Shown here: piece after piece, positions 8,568-17,815 of the stretch
Layout: each line of letters starts with the position of its first letter
Numbering within the stretch: position 1 is the stretch's first letter
Assembly: GCA_028698185.1 (NCBI GenBank)
Contig: JAQVDW010000019.1
Span: forward strand, 3,459-35,458
Length of the DNA stretch: 32,000 bases
Direction: 5' to 3'
Source of the DNA: Erysipelotrichaceae bacterium
Lineage (GTDB): Bacteria; Bacillota_I; Bacilli_A; Erysipelotrichales; Coprobacillaceae
The notes under the pieces: model-generated
The model's input: the letters and a program-made list of their open reading frames with translations, nothing else
Databases searched by the model: none
Told to the model about the DNA's origin: nothing
Program-made: the position numbers and the translations under genes

Positions 8568-9133
8568 TCTTACTAATCGACAACTATGACAGTTTCGTCT
8601 ACAATCTTTACCAATTCATCGGCGAATTCAATCCGGACATCAAGGTTATCCGCAATGACGAGCTGACCCTCGAACAGATCAAGGAGATCGACTTCGAGGC
8701 TTTGGTGATCTCCCCGGGGCCGGGCCGTCCCGACCAGGCCGGCGTCATCGAGGATGCGATCCGCTACTTCTATGACAAGAAACCGATTCTTGGCGTGTGC
8801 CTTGGCCATCAGGCGATCTGCGAGGTGTTCGGGCACGAGGTTACCTACGCTCCGGCATTGATGCATGGTAAATCAAGCCTGATGCATATCTTGAAAGACA
8901 CTCCGCTGACCCACGGCATCAAGACGCCGACCATTGTCGCCCGCTATCATTCGCTGGTGGCCAGGGAAGCCAAAAGTGATCTTGAGGTCATCGGCACCAG
9001 TGATGACGGCTGCATAATGGCGGTCAAGCACAAGGACTATCCGGTTTATGGAGTGCAGTTCCATCCCGAATCGATCTTGACGATCGATGGCAAGAGGATG
9101 ATTCAGAATTTCTTGGAGGAAGCAAATGATTAA
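8564..9133 (+). CDS. trpG: Anthranilate synthase component II (glutamine amidotransferase)
   Basis: 189 aa. MILLIDNYDSFVYNL, GVCLGHQ (catalytic Cys) and GVQFHPES (His/Glu) are class-I GATase TrpG/PabA motifs. ATGA overlap with the trpE stop. Confidence 0.93.
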   Translation: MILLIDNYDSFVYNLYQFIGEFNPDIKVIRNDELTLEQIKEIDFEALVISPGPGRPDQAGVIEDAIRYFYDKKPILGVCLGHQAICEVFGHEVTYAPALMHGKSSLMHILKDTPLTHGIKTPTIVARYHSLVAREAKSDLEVIGTSDDGCIMAVKHKDYPVYGVQFHPESILTIDGKRMIQNFLEEAND

Positions 9134-10133
9134 AGAAGCGATAATAAAACTCACAAACAAAGAAAACCTCACCAGCGAGCAGGCGTACCAGTGCATGAAT
9201 GAGATCATGGATGGGGTTGCCAGCGATGTGCAAAAAACAGCCTATCTTACGGCCCTGAACATGAAGGGCGAGACAATCGAAGAGATCACCGGCAGCGCGA
9301 GAAGCATGCGGGAGCATTGCCGGTCATTTAAAAGCGATGGCGATTTGCTGGAAATCGTGGGAACCGGCGGTGACGGTTCGAACAGCTTCAATATCTCATC
9401 GACCTCGGCGCTCGTCCTGGCGGCTGGAGGAGTCAAGGTGGCCAAGCATGGCAACCGGGCAGCCAGCTCGAAATCGGGGGCAGGCGACGTGTACGAACAG
9501 CTTGGGGTCAAGGTCGACTGCGAAGTCGAGCGTTCCCAGACGTCGCTTGAAGAAAACGGCATCTGTTTCCTTTATGCACCTATATACCATCCGGCGATGC
9601 GCTTTGTCGGACCGGTCCGTCAGGAGCTCAAGATCCGCACCATTTTCAATATTCTCGGTCCTTTGACCAATCCGGCCCATGCCAAAACCCAGATAATGGG
9701 TGTCTATAGCGAGGCTTTGGTCGAACCGATGGCGCATGTACTGGCCAACCTCGGTGTCAAACGTGGGGCGGTGGTTTTCGGACAGGACGGAATGGATGAG
9801 ATATCGCTAAGCGCCAAAACGACGGTCATGGAAATCGACCATGGCAAGTTCACCAGATACGAAATCAATCCGGCTGATTACGGATTCAAGATGGCGCCAA
9901 AGGCTGCGATTGTCGGGGGAACCCCTGAAGATAATGCGCGCATCACCTTGGATGTGCTAAGCAACAAAAGCGGGCCTCACCAGGATATCGTGTTGTTGAA
10001 TGCGGCAATGGGATTCTATCTTGCTGGGATAACGCCAAGTTATGAATCGGGCATCCTTTACGCCCGTGAAGTCATCGAATCGAAAAAACCGCTTGAGATT
10101 CTTGATAAATTCATCGCGACGACAAATGGGTAG
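9126..10133 (+). CDS. trpD: Anthranilate phosphoribosyltransferase
   Basis: 335 aa. GTGGDGSNSFNISS, VAKHGNRAASS and NILGPLTNP motifs. 8-nt overlap with trpG. Confidence 0.95.
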   Translation: MIKEAIIKLTNKENLTSEQAYQCMNEIMDGVASDVQKTAYLTALNMKGETIEEITGSARSMREHCRSFKSDGDLLEIVGTGGDGSNSFNISSTSALVLAAGGVKVAKHGNRAASSKSGAGDVYEQLGVKVDCEVERSQTSLEENGICFLYAPIYHPAMRFVGPVRQELKIRTIFNILGPLTNPAHAKTQIMGVYSEALVEPMAHVLANLGVKRGAVVFGQDGMDEISLSAKTTVMEIDHGKFTRYEINPADYGFKMAPKAAIVGGTPEDNARITLDVLSNKSGPHQDIVLLNAAMGFYLAGITPSYESGILYAREVIESKKPLEILDKFIATTNG

Positions 10134-10136
10134 AAT

Positions 10137-10937
10137 ATGATATTAGACAAATTAGTAGAGGCGACCAAAAAAAGGGTCGCCAACCAGAAAAAAGAAGTGC
10201 CGATCGAAGAGCTGAAAAGCAAGTGTAAGGAAATGGCTCCTGCTGGGGATTTCCCTTTTGAACAGGCTTTGAACAAACCGGGCTTGAACTACATTCTCGA
10301 GGTCAAGAAGGCTTCCCCGTCAAAGGGGCTGATTATGCCGGAGTTCGATTATCTGAACATCGCCAGGGATTACCTCAAAATTGGGGCGAGCTGCCTTTCT
10401 GTTCTGACCGAACCCGACTATTTCCAGGGCTCCGATGAGTATCTTGAGGCCATCGCGGCCGGTGTCGACCTGCCGATCCTGCGCAAGGATTTCATCATCG
10501 ACGAGTACATGATATACCAGGCCCGGCTGTTGAATGCCGACGCGATATTGCTTATCTGCCGTATCCTTGACCAGGATACCCTCGAGCGGTTTTATGGGAT
10601 CGCCCAGAGCCTGGGGCTGTCATGCCTTTTTGAAATCCACGATCAGGATGATCTTGACAAGGCCCTGAAGGCCAAGGCGCGGATCATCGGGGTCAACAAC
10701 CGCAACCTCGATGATTTCACCATCGACCTGAACAATTCACTAAAATATCAAAAGAAGGCACATGAGGCCGGATATCAGGGTATCTTCATCTCCGAATCTG
10801 GAATCTTCGACCGCCAGGACATCGCTGTTTTGGAACAGAATGATTTCAATGGGGTTCTTATCGGCGAAAGCATCGTCAAGGCGGCTGACCGTCAGGAATA
10901 TTTCGACATGCTGCGGGGCACAAATGACAAAGGTTAA
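10137..10937 (+). CDS. trpC: Indole-3-glycerol phosphate synthase
   Basis: 266 aa. [40 protein letters not shown] and ESGI motifs. Confidence 0.95.
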   Translation: MILDKLVEATKKRVANQKKEVPIEELKSKCKEMAPAGDFPFEQALNKPGLNYILEVKKASPSKGLIMPEFDYLNIARDYLKIGASCLSVLTEPDYFQGSDEYLEAIAAGVDLPILRKDFIIDEYMIYQARLLNADAILLICRILDQDTLERFYGIAQSLGLSCLFEIHDQDDLDKALKAKARIIGVNNRNLDDFTIDLNNSLKYQKKAHEAGYQGIFISESGIFDRQDIAVLEQNDFNGVLIGESIVKAADRQEYFDMLRGTNDKG

Positions 10938-12693
10938 GATTTGCGGACTATTCCGTGAAGCGGACATAGCGGTAATCAACCGGGAAAAGCCGGATTACGT
11001 TGGATTCGTGTTCGCGAAATCCTCGCGTCAGGTCGATTTTGCCACTGCTAAAAAGCTGGCGGCCCAGGTTGATCCAGGCATATTGAAAGTCGGGGTGTTC
11101 GTCAACGGCGAGCACAGTTTGATCAAAAGACTTGCGGACGAACATGTCATCGATTTGATCCAGCTTCACGGGGGTGAGGACAACGACTATATCGCCATAT
11201 TGAAAAGATCGGTCCATCTGCCTTTGATCAAGGCAATCAAGGTGCAACCGGGGACTGATCTGCGAGGTCTCGACTATGATGTCGACTACTATCTCCTTGA
11301 CGGTCCGGTTCCCGGATCCGGAGAGGCGTTCGACTGGACCATGATCTCCAAACTGGCCAAGCCGTATTTTTTGGCCGGGGGCATCAACTGCGCCAATCTC
11401 GAGCAGGCCCTGGCTGTAGGTTGTTATGGAATCGATGTGTCGTCCGGGGTGGAGACGGATAAAGTTAAAGATGAAAAGAAAATTGCAACTCTGGTTAGGA
11501 GGGTTAAGATGAAAAAAGGAAGATTTGGAATCCACGGGGGTCAATACATCCCCGAAACATTGATGGAAGAACTGCATAAGATCGATGCGGCTTATGAACA
11601 TTACAAAAACGATCCGGAATTCAACCGGGAACTCAAGAAGCTCCTTGACGAATATGCCGGGCGGCCATCGCTTCTATATTATGCCAAAAAGATGACCGAG
11701 GATCTCAAGGGTCCCAAGATCTATCTCAAACGGGAAGATCTAAACCATACGGGTTCCCACAAGATAAACAATGTTTTAGGGCAGGTGCTTTTGGCCAAGA
11801 AGATGGGCAAGACCCGGGTGATCGCGGAAACCGGAGCGGGTCAGCATGGGGTTGCCACAGCAACCGCGGCGGCGTTGCTCGACATGGAATGCGAGATCTA
11901 CATGGGCAAGGAAGACACCGACCGGCAAATCCTCAATGTTTACCGGATGGAACTGCTGGGGGCAAAAGTCATTCAGGTGACTTCGGGAACGATGACCCTC
12001 AAGGACGCTGTCAACGAAACATTGCGGGTTTGGACCGGTAGAATCGATGACACTTTCTATGTGCTAGGATCGGTGATGGGACCTCACCCTTATCCGGCTA
12101 TGGTTAGGGATTTCCAGGCTGTTATTTCCAAAGAAGCCCGGCAGCAGATCCTTGAAGCCGAAAACAAGCTGCCAAGTGCGGTTTACGCTTGCGTTGGCGG
12201 GGGATCAAATGCGATGGGAATGTTCTACAATTTCATCAATGACGAAAACGTCAAGCTGGTTGGCTGTGAAGCGGCGGGCAAAGGGGTCGACACACCATAT
12301 ACCGCAGCGACAATCAATACCGGAAGCCTTGGTGTTTTCCATGGCATGAAGTCGTATTTCTGCCAGGATGAATACGGGCAGATCGCTCCGGTCTACTCGA
12401 TTTCAGCCGGGTTGGACTATCCGGGAATCGGTCCGGAACATGCCTATTTGAACGACATCAAACGAGCGAGCTACCTGCCGGTAACCGACGATGAGGCGGT
12501 CCACGCATTCGAATATATCGCCAAGGTCGAGGGGATAATCTGTGCGATCGAAAGCGCCCATGCGGTAGCCCAGATTATCAAGGATGCGCCAAAATATTCG
12601 CCAGACGACATCATCATCTGCTGCCTTTCGGGCCGGGGTGACAAGGATGTGGCGGCCATAGCGCGCTACAAAGGGGTGGAAATTTATGAATAG
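10924..12693 (+). CDS. trpF-trpB: Apparent bifunctional protein: phosphoribosylanthranilate isomerase (TrpF, about 10924-11508) fused in frame to tryptophan synthase beta chain (TrpB, from ATG 11509)
   Basis: One uninterrupted frame: MTKVKICGL...[41 protein letters not shown]...HTGSHKINN (PLP lysine)...GGGSNAMG. The TrpF start ATG at 10924 overlaps the trpC end by 14 nt. AGGAGG at 11497-11502 precedes the internal ATG at 11509. There is no in-frame stop between the two domains. Confidence 0.85.
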   Translation: MTKVKICGLFREADIAVINREKPDYVGFVFAKSSRQVDFATAKKLAAQVDPGILKVGVFVNGEHSLIKRLADEHVIDLIQLHGGEDNDYIAILKRSVHLPLIKAIKVQPGTDLRGLDYDVDYYLLDGPVPGSGEAFDWTMISKLAKPYFLAGGINCANLEQALAVGCYGIDVSSGVETDKVKDEKKIATLVRRVKMKKGRFGIHGGQYIPETLMEELHKIDAAYEHYKNDPEFNRELKKLLDEYAGRPSLLYYAKKMTEDLKGPKIYLKREDLNHTGSHKINNVLGQVLLAKKMGKTRVIAETGAGQHGVATATAAALLDMECEIYMGKEDTDRQILNVYRMELLGAKVIQVTSGTMTLKDAVNETLRVWTGRIDDTFYVLGSVMGPHPYPAMVRDFQAVISKEARQQILEAENKLPSAVYACVGGGSNAMGMFYNFINDENVKLVGCEAAGKGVDTPYTAATINTGSLGVFHGMKSYFCQDEYGQIAPVYSISAGLDYPGIGPEHAYLNDIKRASYLPVTDDEAVHAFEYIAKVEGIICAIESAHAVAQIIKDAPKYSPDDIIICCLSGRGDKDVAAIARYKGVEIYE

Positions 12694-13453
12694 AATGAAA
12701 AACGCCTTTACCAAGAAAGCCTTTATCGCCTTCATTACGGCGGGTGATCCCGATCTGGAAACGACCTACCAATGCATTCTTGAGATGGAAAAAGCCGGGG
12801 CCAGCCTGGTCGAAATCGGGATTCCTTTTTCCGATCCGGTTGCCGAAGGTCCGGTAATCCAGAAAGCGAACATCCGGGCGCTTAACGGCGGAGTGAATAC
12901 CGCCAAAGTGTTCGAACTTGTTCAAAGGGTGCGCCAAGTAAGTGACATTCCGCTGTGTTTCATGACCTATTACAATGTGGTTTTCCACTATGGTGTGGAA
13001 AAATTCATGGCCAAGTGCCAGGATATCGGAATCGACGGTCTGATCCTGCCGGATCTTTCCTTTGAGGAAAGCGAAGAAGTGAACCAGTTCAAAAAGAGGT
13101 ACGACCTCGAGCTGATCAGCTTTGTGGCGCCGACTTCGCAAAACCGGGTCAAAATGATTGCCCGGCAGGCGGAAGGTTTCATCTATCTGGTTTCTTCGAT
13201 GGGGGTTACGGGAACCAGGTCAAGTTTTGCCGGCGGTCTCGAAGAACTTGTCGCACTGATCAAGCAGGAAACGGATACGCCGGTGGCTATCGGTTTTGGG
13301 ATAAACACACCAGAACAAGTCAAGGAATTATCGCAATATTGCGACGGGGTTATCGTCGGTTCGGCGATCATCAAGATCATCGAGAAGTACGGTCAGGATG
13401 CGCCAAAGCACGTCCGTGAATACGTAAAAGAAATGGTCGCTGCCTTAGGGTGA
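12686..13453 (+). CDS. trpA: Tryptophan synthase alpha chain
   Basis: 255 aa. [25 protein letters not shown] and GFGI motifs. 8-nt overlap with the trpB stop. Confidence 0.93.
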   Translation: MNRMKNAFTKKAFIAFITAGDPDLETTYQCILEMEKAGASLVEIGIPFSDPVAEGPVIQKANIRALNGGVNTAKVFELVQRVRQVSDIPLCFMTYYNVVFHYGVEKFMAKCQDIGIDGLILPDLSFEESEEVNQFKKRYDLELISFVAPTSQNRVKMIARQAEGFIYLVSSMGVTGTRSSFAGGLEELVALIKQETDTPVAIGFGINTPEQVKELSQYCDGVIVGSAIIKIIEKYGQDAPKHVREYVKEMVAALG

Positions 13454-13983
13454 AAACGATAGTCGATTATATCGGCCGGGAAATCGCCTCTTTGGAGGTG
13501 GCGGTGGCTGTCGACTTCACCATGGGAAATGGTTTCGACACAATGAAACTCGCCAAAATGAGCCAGAAGGTTTACAGTTTCGACATCCAGCCCCTGGCGC
13601 TGGAGCGAACCCGGACACTTCTTGAACAACATGACATCCCCGCTGATCGGGTGGAACTGATCCTGGATGACCATCGCCATTTCGGGGCCTATCTCGACCG
13701 GTTCGACCTCGGGGTTTTCAACCTGGGGTACCTGCCAAACGGCGACCACCACATCACGACAACCAAAACGAACACGATTGCGACTCTTGAGAGGGCGCTA
13801 AAGGCCCTTGAAACCGGTGGTATCATCCTGATCGGAGTGTATGTGGGCCATGACGGCGGTGTCGAAGGAGATGCCATCAGGGCCTTTTGCAGTGAGTTAG
13901 ATAATGATTTCAATGTAAGCTGTTACCAAATGTTGAACAAACAAAAAGCTCCTTATGTCATTGTCATTGAAAAAGCAAAATAG
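13450..13983 (+). CDS. mnmM: YtqB/MnmM-family class I SAM-dependent methyltransferase (tRNA mnm5s2U34 methyltransferase-like)
   Basis: 177 aa. VDFTMGNGFDT, VFNLGYLPNGDHHITT and PYVIVIEKAK closely parallel my recollection of B. subtilis YtqB (DATMGNGHDT, VFNLGYLPGGDKSITT, PPFIVAIEKK). The GTG start overlaps the trpA TGA (GTGA). Confidence 0.8.
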   Translation: MKTIVDYIGREIASLEVAVAVDFTMGNGFDTMKLAKMSQKVYSFDIQPLALERTRTLLEQHDIPADRVELILDDHRHFGAYLDRFDLGVFNLGYLPNGDHHITTTKTNTIATLERALKALETGGIILIGVYVGHDGGVEGDAIRAFCSELDNDFNVSCYQMLNKQKAPYVIVIEKAK

Positions 13984-14048
13984 CCTATAAATAAGCTAGT
14001 ATAAAAGTTTCAAAAATGATATCATATTATATGTAAGGAGGGGTTTTT

Positions 14049-14324
14049 ATGGAGAAAATAAACGCCATAGTGACGAGTCCGGTAGGATTGTATGCTGCAT
14101 CAGCAACTAAACTTGTCGAAGCAGTAAAGATTTATGAATCGCAAATTTCGATTACTTATGAGGGGAAAACGCTGAACATGAAATCAATCATGGGAGTGTT
14201 GTCATTGGGAATTCCGGAGAAAGCGAAGGTTCAAATCACCATCGAAGGGCAAGATGAACAAGCGGCACGCGATGACATTATAGGCCTGCTAGAACAGCTG
14301 GAAATAGGGCAAGAAATAAGATAA
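14049..14324 (+). CDS. HPr-family protein lacking the PTS active-site His15 (Tyr15), with Ser46 retained (Crh-like)
   Basis: 91 aa. It aligns position for position with HPr: GLY15AASAT versus GIH15ARPAT, and NMKS46IMGVLSLGI versus NLKS46IMGVMSLGI. AGGAGG SD upstream. Confidence 0.85.
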   Translation: MEKINAIVTSPVGLYAASATKLVEAVKIYESQISITYEGKTLNMKSIMGVLSLGIPEKAKVQITIEGQDEQAARDDIIGLLEQLEIGQEIR

Positions 14325-14352
14325 GTCAGGGCTTTCTGGCTTGTCTTTTTTT
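14323..14352 (+). terminator. Rho-independent terminator after the HPr-like gene
   Basis: AAGTCAG-ggcttt-CTGGCTT (7 bp, one G-U), then gtc and a T7 run. Confidence 0.6.
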
Positions 14353-14353
14353 C

Positions 14354-14382
14354 TTGATGAAAACCGGTTATTATGCTATATT
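14354..14382 (+). promoter_or_regulatory. Promoter upstream of mraY
   Basis: TTGATG (14354-14359), 17-nt spacer, TGcTATATT extended -10 (14374-14382). Confidence 0.55.
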
Positions 14383-14411
14383 TTAGGTACTGTAAATAAA
14401 AGGAGTATATT

Positions 14412-15380
14412 ATGTTGAAAATGATTGGAACTTTCATAGTTAGTTATATATTGATGCTTGTTTTGATGCCTCGAATCATCCCGGTTTTCCACCGGTTCAA
14501 GTTCGGGCAGGTCCAACGGGAAGAGGGACCCGAGTCGCACAAAGTCAAGGGGGGGACCCCGACGATGGGCGGTGCCGTGTTCATCTTGAGTGCGATTGTT
14601 TCGGCTTTGGTCTTCAACTATGACAACCTGGCTTCACCGGAACTTTGGATTCTGACTTTGACCCTGGCGGGATTTGGGGCCATCGGTCTGGTCGATGACG
14701 CTTTGATTGTCATCAAGAAATCGAACAAGGGCCTTCCGGCCTGGGCGAAGTTCGGGTTGCAGGCGGTGCTTGCGGTCGTTCTTTATTTCCTTTGCAAGAA
14801 TTTCATTACGGGATTCGACCATGTTATCGAGGTTCCGCTGTTCAAGGCCAAACTGGATCTTGGAATCCTCTATCCGGCGATGTTTTTCGTGATGTTCACC
14901 GGCGCTAGCAATGGGGTTAACCTTTCCGATGGTCTTGACGGTCTGGCGACCGGTCTTTGCATGATCGCCATCGCTCCGTTTATCATCTTCTCCTACATGA
15001 ACCGCGATGTCATATTGACCCTTTACAGCATTGCCGTTATCGGTTCTTTGGTGGGATTCATGATGTTCAACTATCATCCGGCCCAGATTTTCATGGGAGA
15101 TGTGGGTTCTTTGGGTCTTGGCGGCTTTTTGGCGATCATTGCCGTTCTGGCCAACCAGGAACTGCTGCTTGTGATAATCGGCATGGTCTTTTTGATTGAA
15201 ACCCTTTCGGTAATCATCCAGGTTGTCTCATTCAAGACAAGAGGCAAAAGAGTCTTCAAGATGGCACCGATCCACCACCATTTCGAGATGCTCGGATTCC
15301 AGGAAACCCAGGTTGTCCTGATGTTCTGGGTTGCCGGTTTTGTCTTTGGCATCATCGGAATCCTGTTTGGGGTGATGTAG
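14412..15380 (+). CDS. mraY: Phospho-N-acetylmuramoyl-pentapeptide-transferase
   Basis: 322-aa polytopic membrane protein. KxGTPTMGG, NLSDGLDGLA, GDVGSLGLGG and PIHHHFE motifs. Confidence 0.95.
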   Translation: MLKMIGTFIVSYILMLVLMPRIIPVFHRFKFGQVQREEGPESHKVKGGTPTMGGAVFILSAIVSALVFNYDNLASPELWILTLTLAGFGAIGLVDDALIVIKKSNKGLPAWAKFGLQAVLAVVLYFLCKNFITGFDHVIEVPLFKAKLDLGILYPAMFFVMFTGASNGVNLSDGLDGLATGLCMIAIAPFIIFSYMNRDVILTLYSIAVIGSLVGFMMFNYHPAQIFMGDVGSLGLGGFLAIIAVLANQELLLVIIGMVFLIETLSVIIQVVSFKTRGKRVFKMAPIHHHFEMLGFQETQVVLMFWVAGFVFGIIGILFGVM

Positions 15381-15381
15381 C

Positions 15382-16728
15382 GTGCTGACCGGAAAAAAAG
15401 TGCTGGTCATCGGACTGGCCCGTTCGGGCAAGGCGGCCATCCGGCTGCTCCAAAAGCTCAATGCGTCGATTGTCCTTAACGAAGCCCGATCGCTCGAGCT
15501 TATCGAGAACCATCAGGAATATCTCGATGCCGGAATCGAAATCGTGGCCAACGGCCACCCGGCGGAACTTTTCGAACGGGATTTCGATTTCGTGGTCAAG
15601 AATCCTGGAATCAATTACCAAAAAGAGTTTATCCTGCGTTTGAAAGAGCGCAAAATCGAAATCCTCAACGAAGTGGAGCTAGGCTACCGGTATGCTGCGA
15701 AACAGAATTATTATGCCATCACCGGGACCAACGGCAAGACCACTACAGTCACCTTGATTGAACACATATTGAAAGGCCGCTATGACAACGTCTTTCTGGC
15801 CGGGAATGTCGGGACCCCATACTGCGACCTGGTGGTCGACCACGATCTGACAAGCTACAGCGGGGCTCATGTGGTTCTGGAACTTTCGAATTTTCAGCTG
15901 CTTGACATGGCAACTTTCCATCCTGTGGCTTCGACGATAATCAACCTGACTCCCGACCATCTCGACTATATGGTCTCTTTGGACGAATACTATGAGTCGA
16001 AACTGAACATCTACCAGAACCAGACCGAGGACGATGTGTATTTCCTGAACAAGGACGATCAGGTAGTTGAATCATACTTCTCCAAGAAACCCGCAAAATC
16101 GCGGGTGGTCACCTTCTCGTTGGAAAAGCCGGCGGACATCGCAATTGTCAACCAGGCGATCCATGCCTTTGGGAAAAAAATTGTCGAACTCGATAAGATC
16201 AAGCTGGTGGGCGCTCACAATGTCCAAAATGTGATGATAGCGGTCGGCTTCGCCTTGCAGGCGGGCGTCGACGCAACGACCATCGCAGCCCAGGTCGAGT
16301 CATTCCAAGGGGTGGCTCATAGAATCGAATACGTGACAACCATTGCGGGGGTTAGATATTATAACGATTCCAAAGGGACGAATACGGATGCGACAGTAAC
16401 GGCGATCAGGGCGTTCGACCGGCCGGTCATCCTGCTTATCGGTGGTTTCGAGAAAAATCTCGACATTAGCGATATGGCGGCTTTGAACAACAAAATCAAA
16501 ACGCTTGTCTGTTATGGCGCAACCAAGGAAAGATTCGCGCGGGAAATGAGCCATCCAGACACACATGTCGTGGATGACTTGCGCTCTGCCGTTATGGAAG
16601 CGGCAAAGATTGCCCAGGATGGCGATGTGGTGCTGTTGTCGCCATCGACAAGCTCGTTTGACGAATTCGAGAGCTACATCAAGCGCGGCGAATACTTCAA
16701 AAAGGTTGTCAATGAATTAGGAGAATAA
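15382..16728 (+). CDS. murD: UDP-N-acetylmuramoylalanine--D-glutamate ligase
   Basis: 448 aa, GTG start 1 nt after the mraY stop. GLARSGKA Rossmann N-terminus, ITGTNGKTTT P-loop, and a Mur ligase C-terminal domain (NDSKGTN). Confidence 0.93.
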   Translation: MLTGKKVLVIGLARSGKAAIRLLQKLNASIVLNEARSLELIENHQEYLDAGIEIVANGHPAELFERDFDFVVKNPGINYQKEFILRLKERKIEILNEVELGYRYAAKQNYYAITGTNGKTTTVTLIEHILKGRYDNVFLAGNVGTPYCDLVVDHDLTSYSGAHVVLELSNFQLLDMATFHPVASTIINLTPDHLDYMVSLDEYYESKLNIYQNQTEDDVYFLNKDDQVVESYFSKKPAKSRVVTFSLEKPADIAIVNQAIHAFGKKIVELDKIKLVGAHNVQNVMIAVGFALQAGVDATTIAAQVESFQGVAHRIEYVTTIAGVRYYNDSKGTNTDATVTAIRAFDRPVILLIGGFEKNLDISDMAALNNKIKTLVCYGATKERFAREMSHPDTHVVDDLRSAVMEAAKIAQDGDVVLLSPSTSSFDEFESYIKRGEYFKKVVNELGE

Positions 16729-16729
16729 G

Positions 16730-17806
16730 ATGCGGATTATTATCGGAAGCGGCGGAACCGGGGGGCATTTGTACCCCGCTTTGGCTTTAATAGAATATAT
16801 CGAGTCCCAAGAGGATACTCAGGTCCTGTTTGTCGGGACCAAGGACCGACTCGAGTCTCAGGTGGTGCCAAAACTCGGTTACCAATATCGCGGTCTCGAT
16901 GTCAAAGGGCTGGTTGGAAGTCCGTTGAACAAGCTAAAAAACATCATGCTTTTTGTCAGATCGATCAAGGAAGCAAAAAAGATAATCAGGGAGTTCGCTC
17001 CTGACATCGTGGTCGGCTTTGGCGGGTATCCTTCGGCGAGCATCGTGATGGCGGCAAGTCAGCTGAAAATCCCGACCATGATCCACGAACAGAATTCGAT
17101 CATCGGTCTTACCAACAAGATCCTTGTCAACAAGGTCGACAAGATCATCGCCTGCTACCAGGGGGCCTATGAAAAATTCCCCAAAGGGAAGACGTATCTT
17201 TACGGAAATCCTCGGGCGAGCCTGGTCGGTACCCAGGCCACGGTGGATGTCCATGAAAAGTACGGACTCAAAAAGGACCTGCCGATTGTGACCATGGTCA
17301 TGGGATCGCTGGGGTCGAAGACGATCAACGACAAGATGGTGGCGGCGCTGCAAAAAGCCGACTTCAAGGACTATTCGCTTGTCTATGTGACCGGAAAAAA
17401 CTATTATGACGAGGTTTGCTCGAAGCTTGAAGGATGTGTGGAGAATATAAAAATCGTCCCTTATATCGACGACATGGCATCGCTGATGCAAAGTTCGACG
17501 CTGATGGTTACCCGCGGGGGCGCGAGCACCCTGGCGGAGCTCACGGCGCTAGGCAAACCGGCGATAATAATCCCAAGTCCTTACGTCGTTAAAAACCATC
17601 AGGAATTCAATGCCCTGGAACTATCTTCCAACAATGCGGCCAAGATGATTCTTGAGGCCGACCTCGACGGCACCAAACTGCTTGAGCGGATCGAAGGGCT
17701 GATCCAGTCGCCTTTGCAGCTAGAAGCGATGCACCAGGCGAGTCTGAAATTGAGCCAGAGCGACGCCTCAAAAAACATATACGAATTGATCAAAACGATG
17801 ATTTAA
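16730..17806 (+). CDS. murG: UDP-N-acetylglucosamine--N-acetylmuramyl-(pentapeptide) pyrophosphoryl-undecaprenol GlcNAc transferase
   Basis: 358 aa. GGTGGHLYPALAL N-terminus, GGYPS, and a C-terminal TRGGASTLAEL...HQEFNA motif. Confidence 0.93.
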   Translation: MRIIIGSGGTGGHLYPALALIEYIESQEDTQVLFVGTKDRLESQVVPKLGYQYRGLDVKGLVGSPLNKLKNIMLFVRSIKEAKKIIREFAPDIVVGFGGYPSASIVMAASQLKIPTMIHEQNSIIGLTNKILVNKVDKIIACYQGAYEKFPKGKTYLYGNPRASLVGTQATVDVHEKYGLKKDLPIVTMVMGSLGSKTINDKMVAALQKADFKDYSLVYVTGKNYYDEVCSKLEGCVENIKIVPYIDDMASLMQSSTLMVTRGGASTLAELTALGKPAIIIPSPYVVKNHQEFNALELSSNNAAKMILEADLDGTKLLERIEGLIQSPLQLEAMHQASLKLSQSDASKNIYELIKTMI

Positions 17807-17815
17807 GGGGAAAAT

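Noticed and set aside
10762-10923. N-terminal extensions of track ORFs (10762 for trpF, 7056 for trpE, 5280 for the aminopeptidase, 1367 for panB, 20100 for the membrane protein, 24636 for ylmH, 29331 and 30208 for the ABC genes)
   Set aside because: The extensions overlap upstream genes, promoters or terminators and lack an SD. In every case an internal ATG with a good SD matches the known family N-terminus.
14091-14093. HPr Tyr15 as a simple CAT->TAT sequencing error or point mutation
   Set aside because: Arg17 and Pro18 of the same active-site loop are also replaced (Ala, Ser). The loop is therefore diverged as a whole and not hit by one transition.
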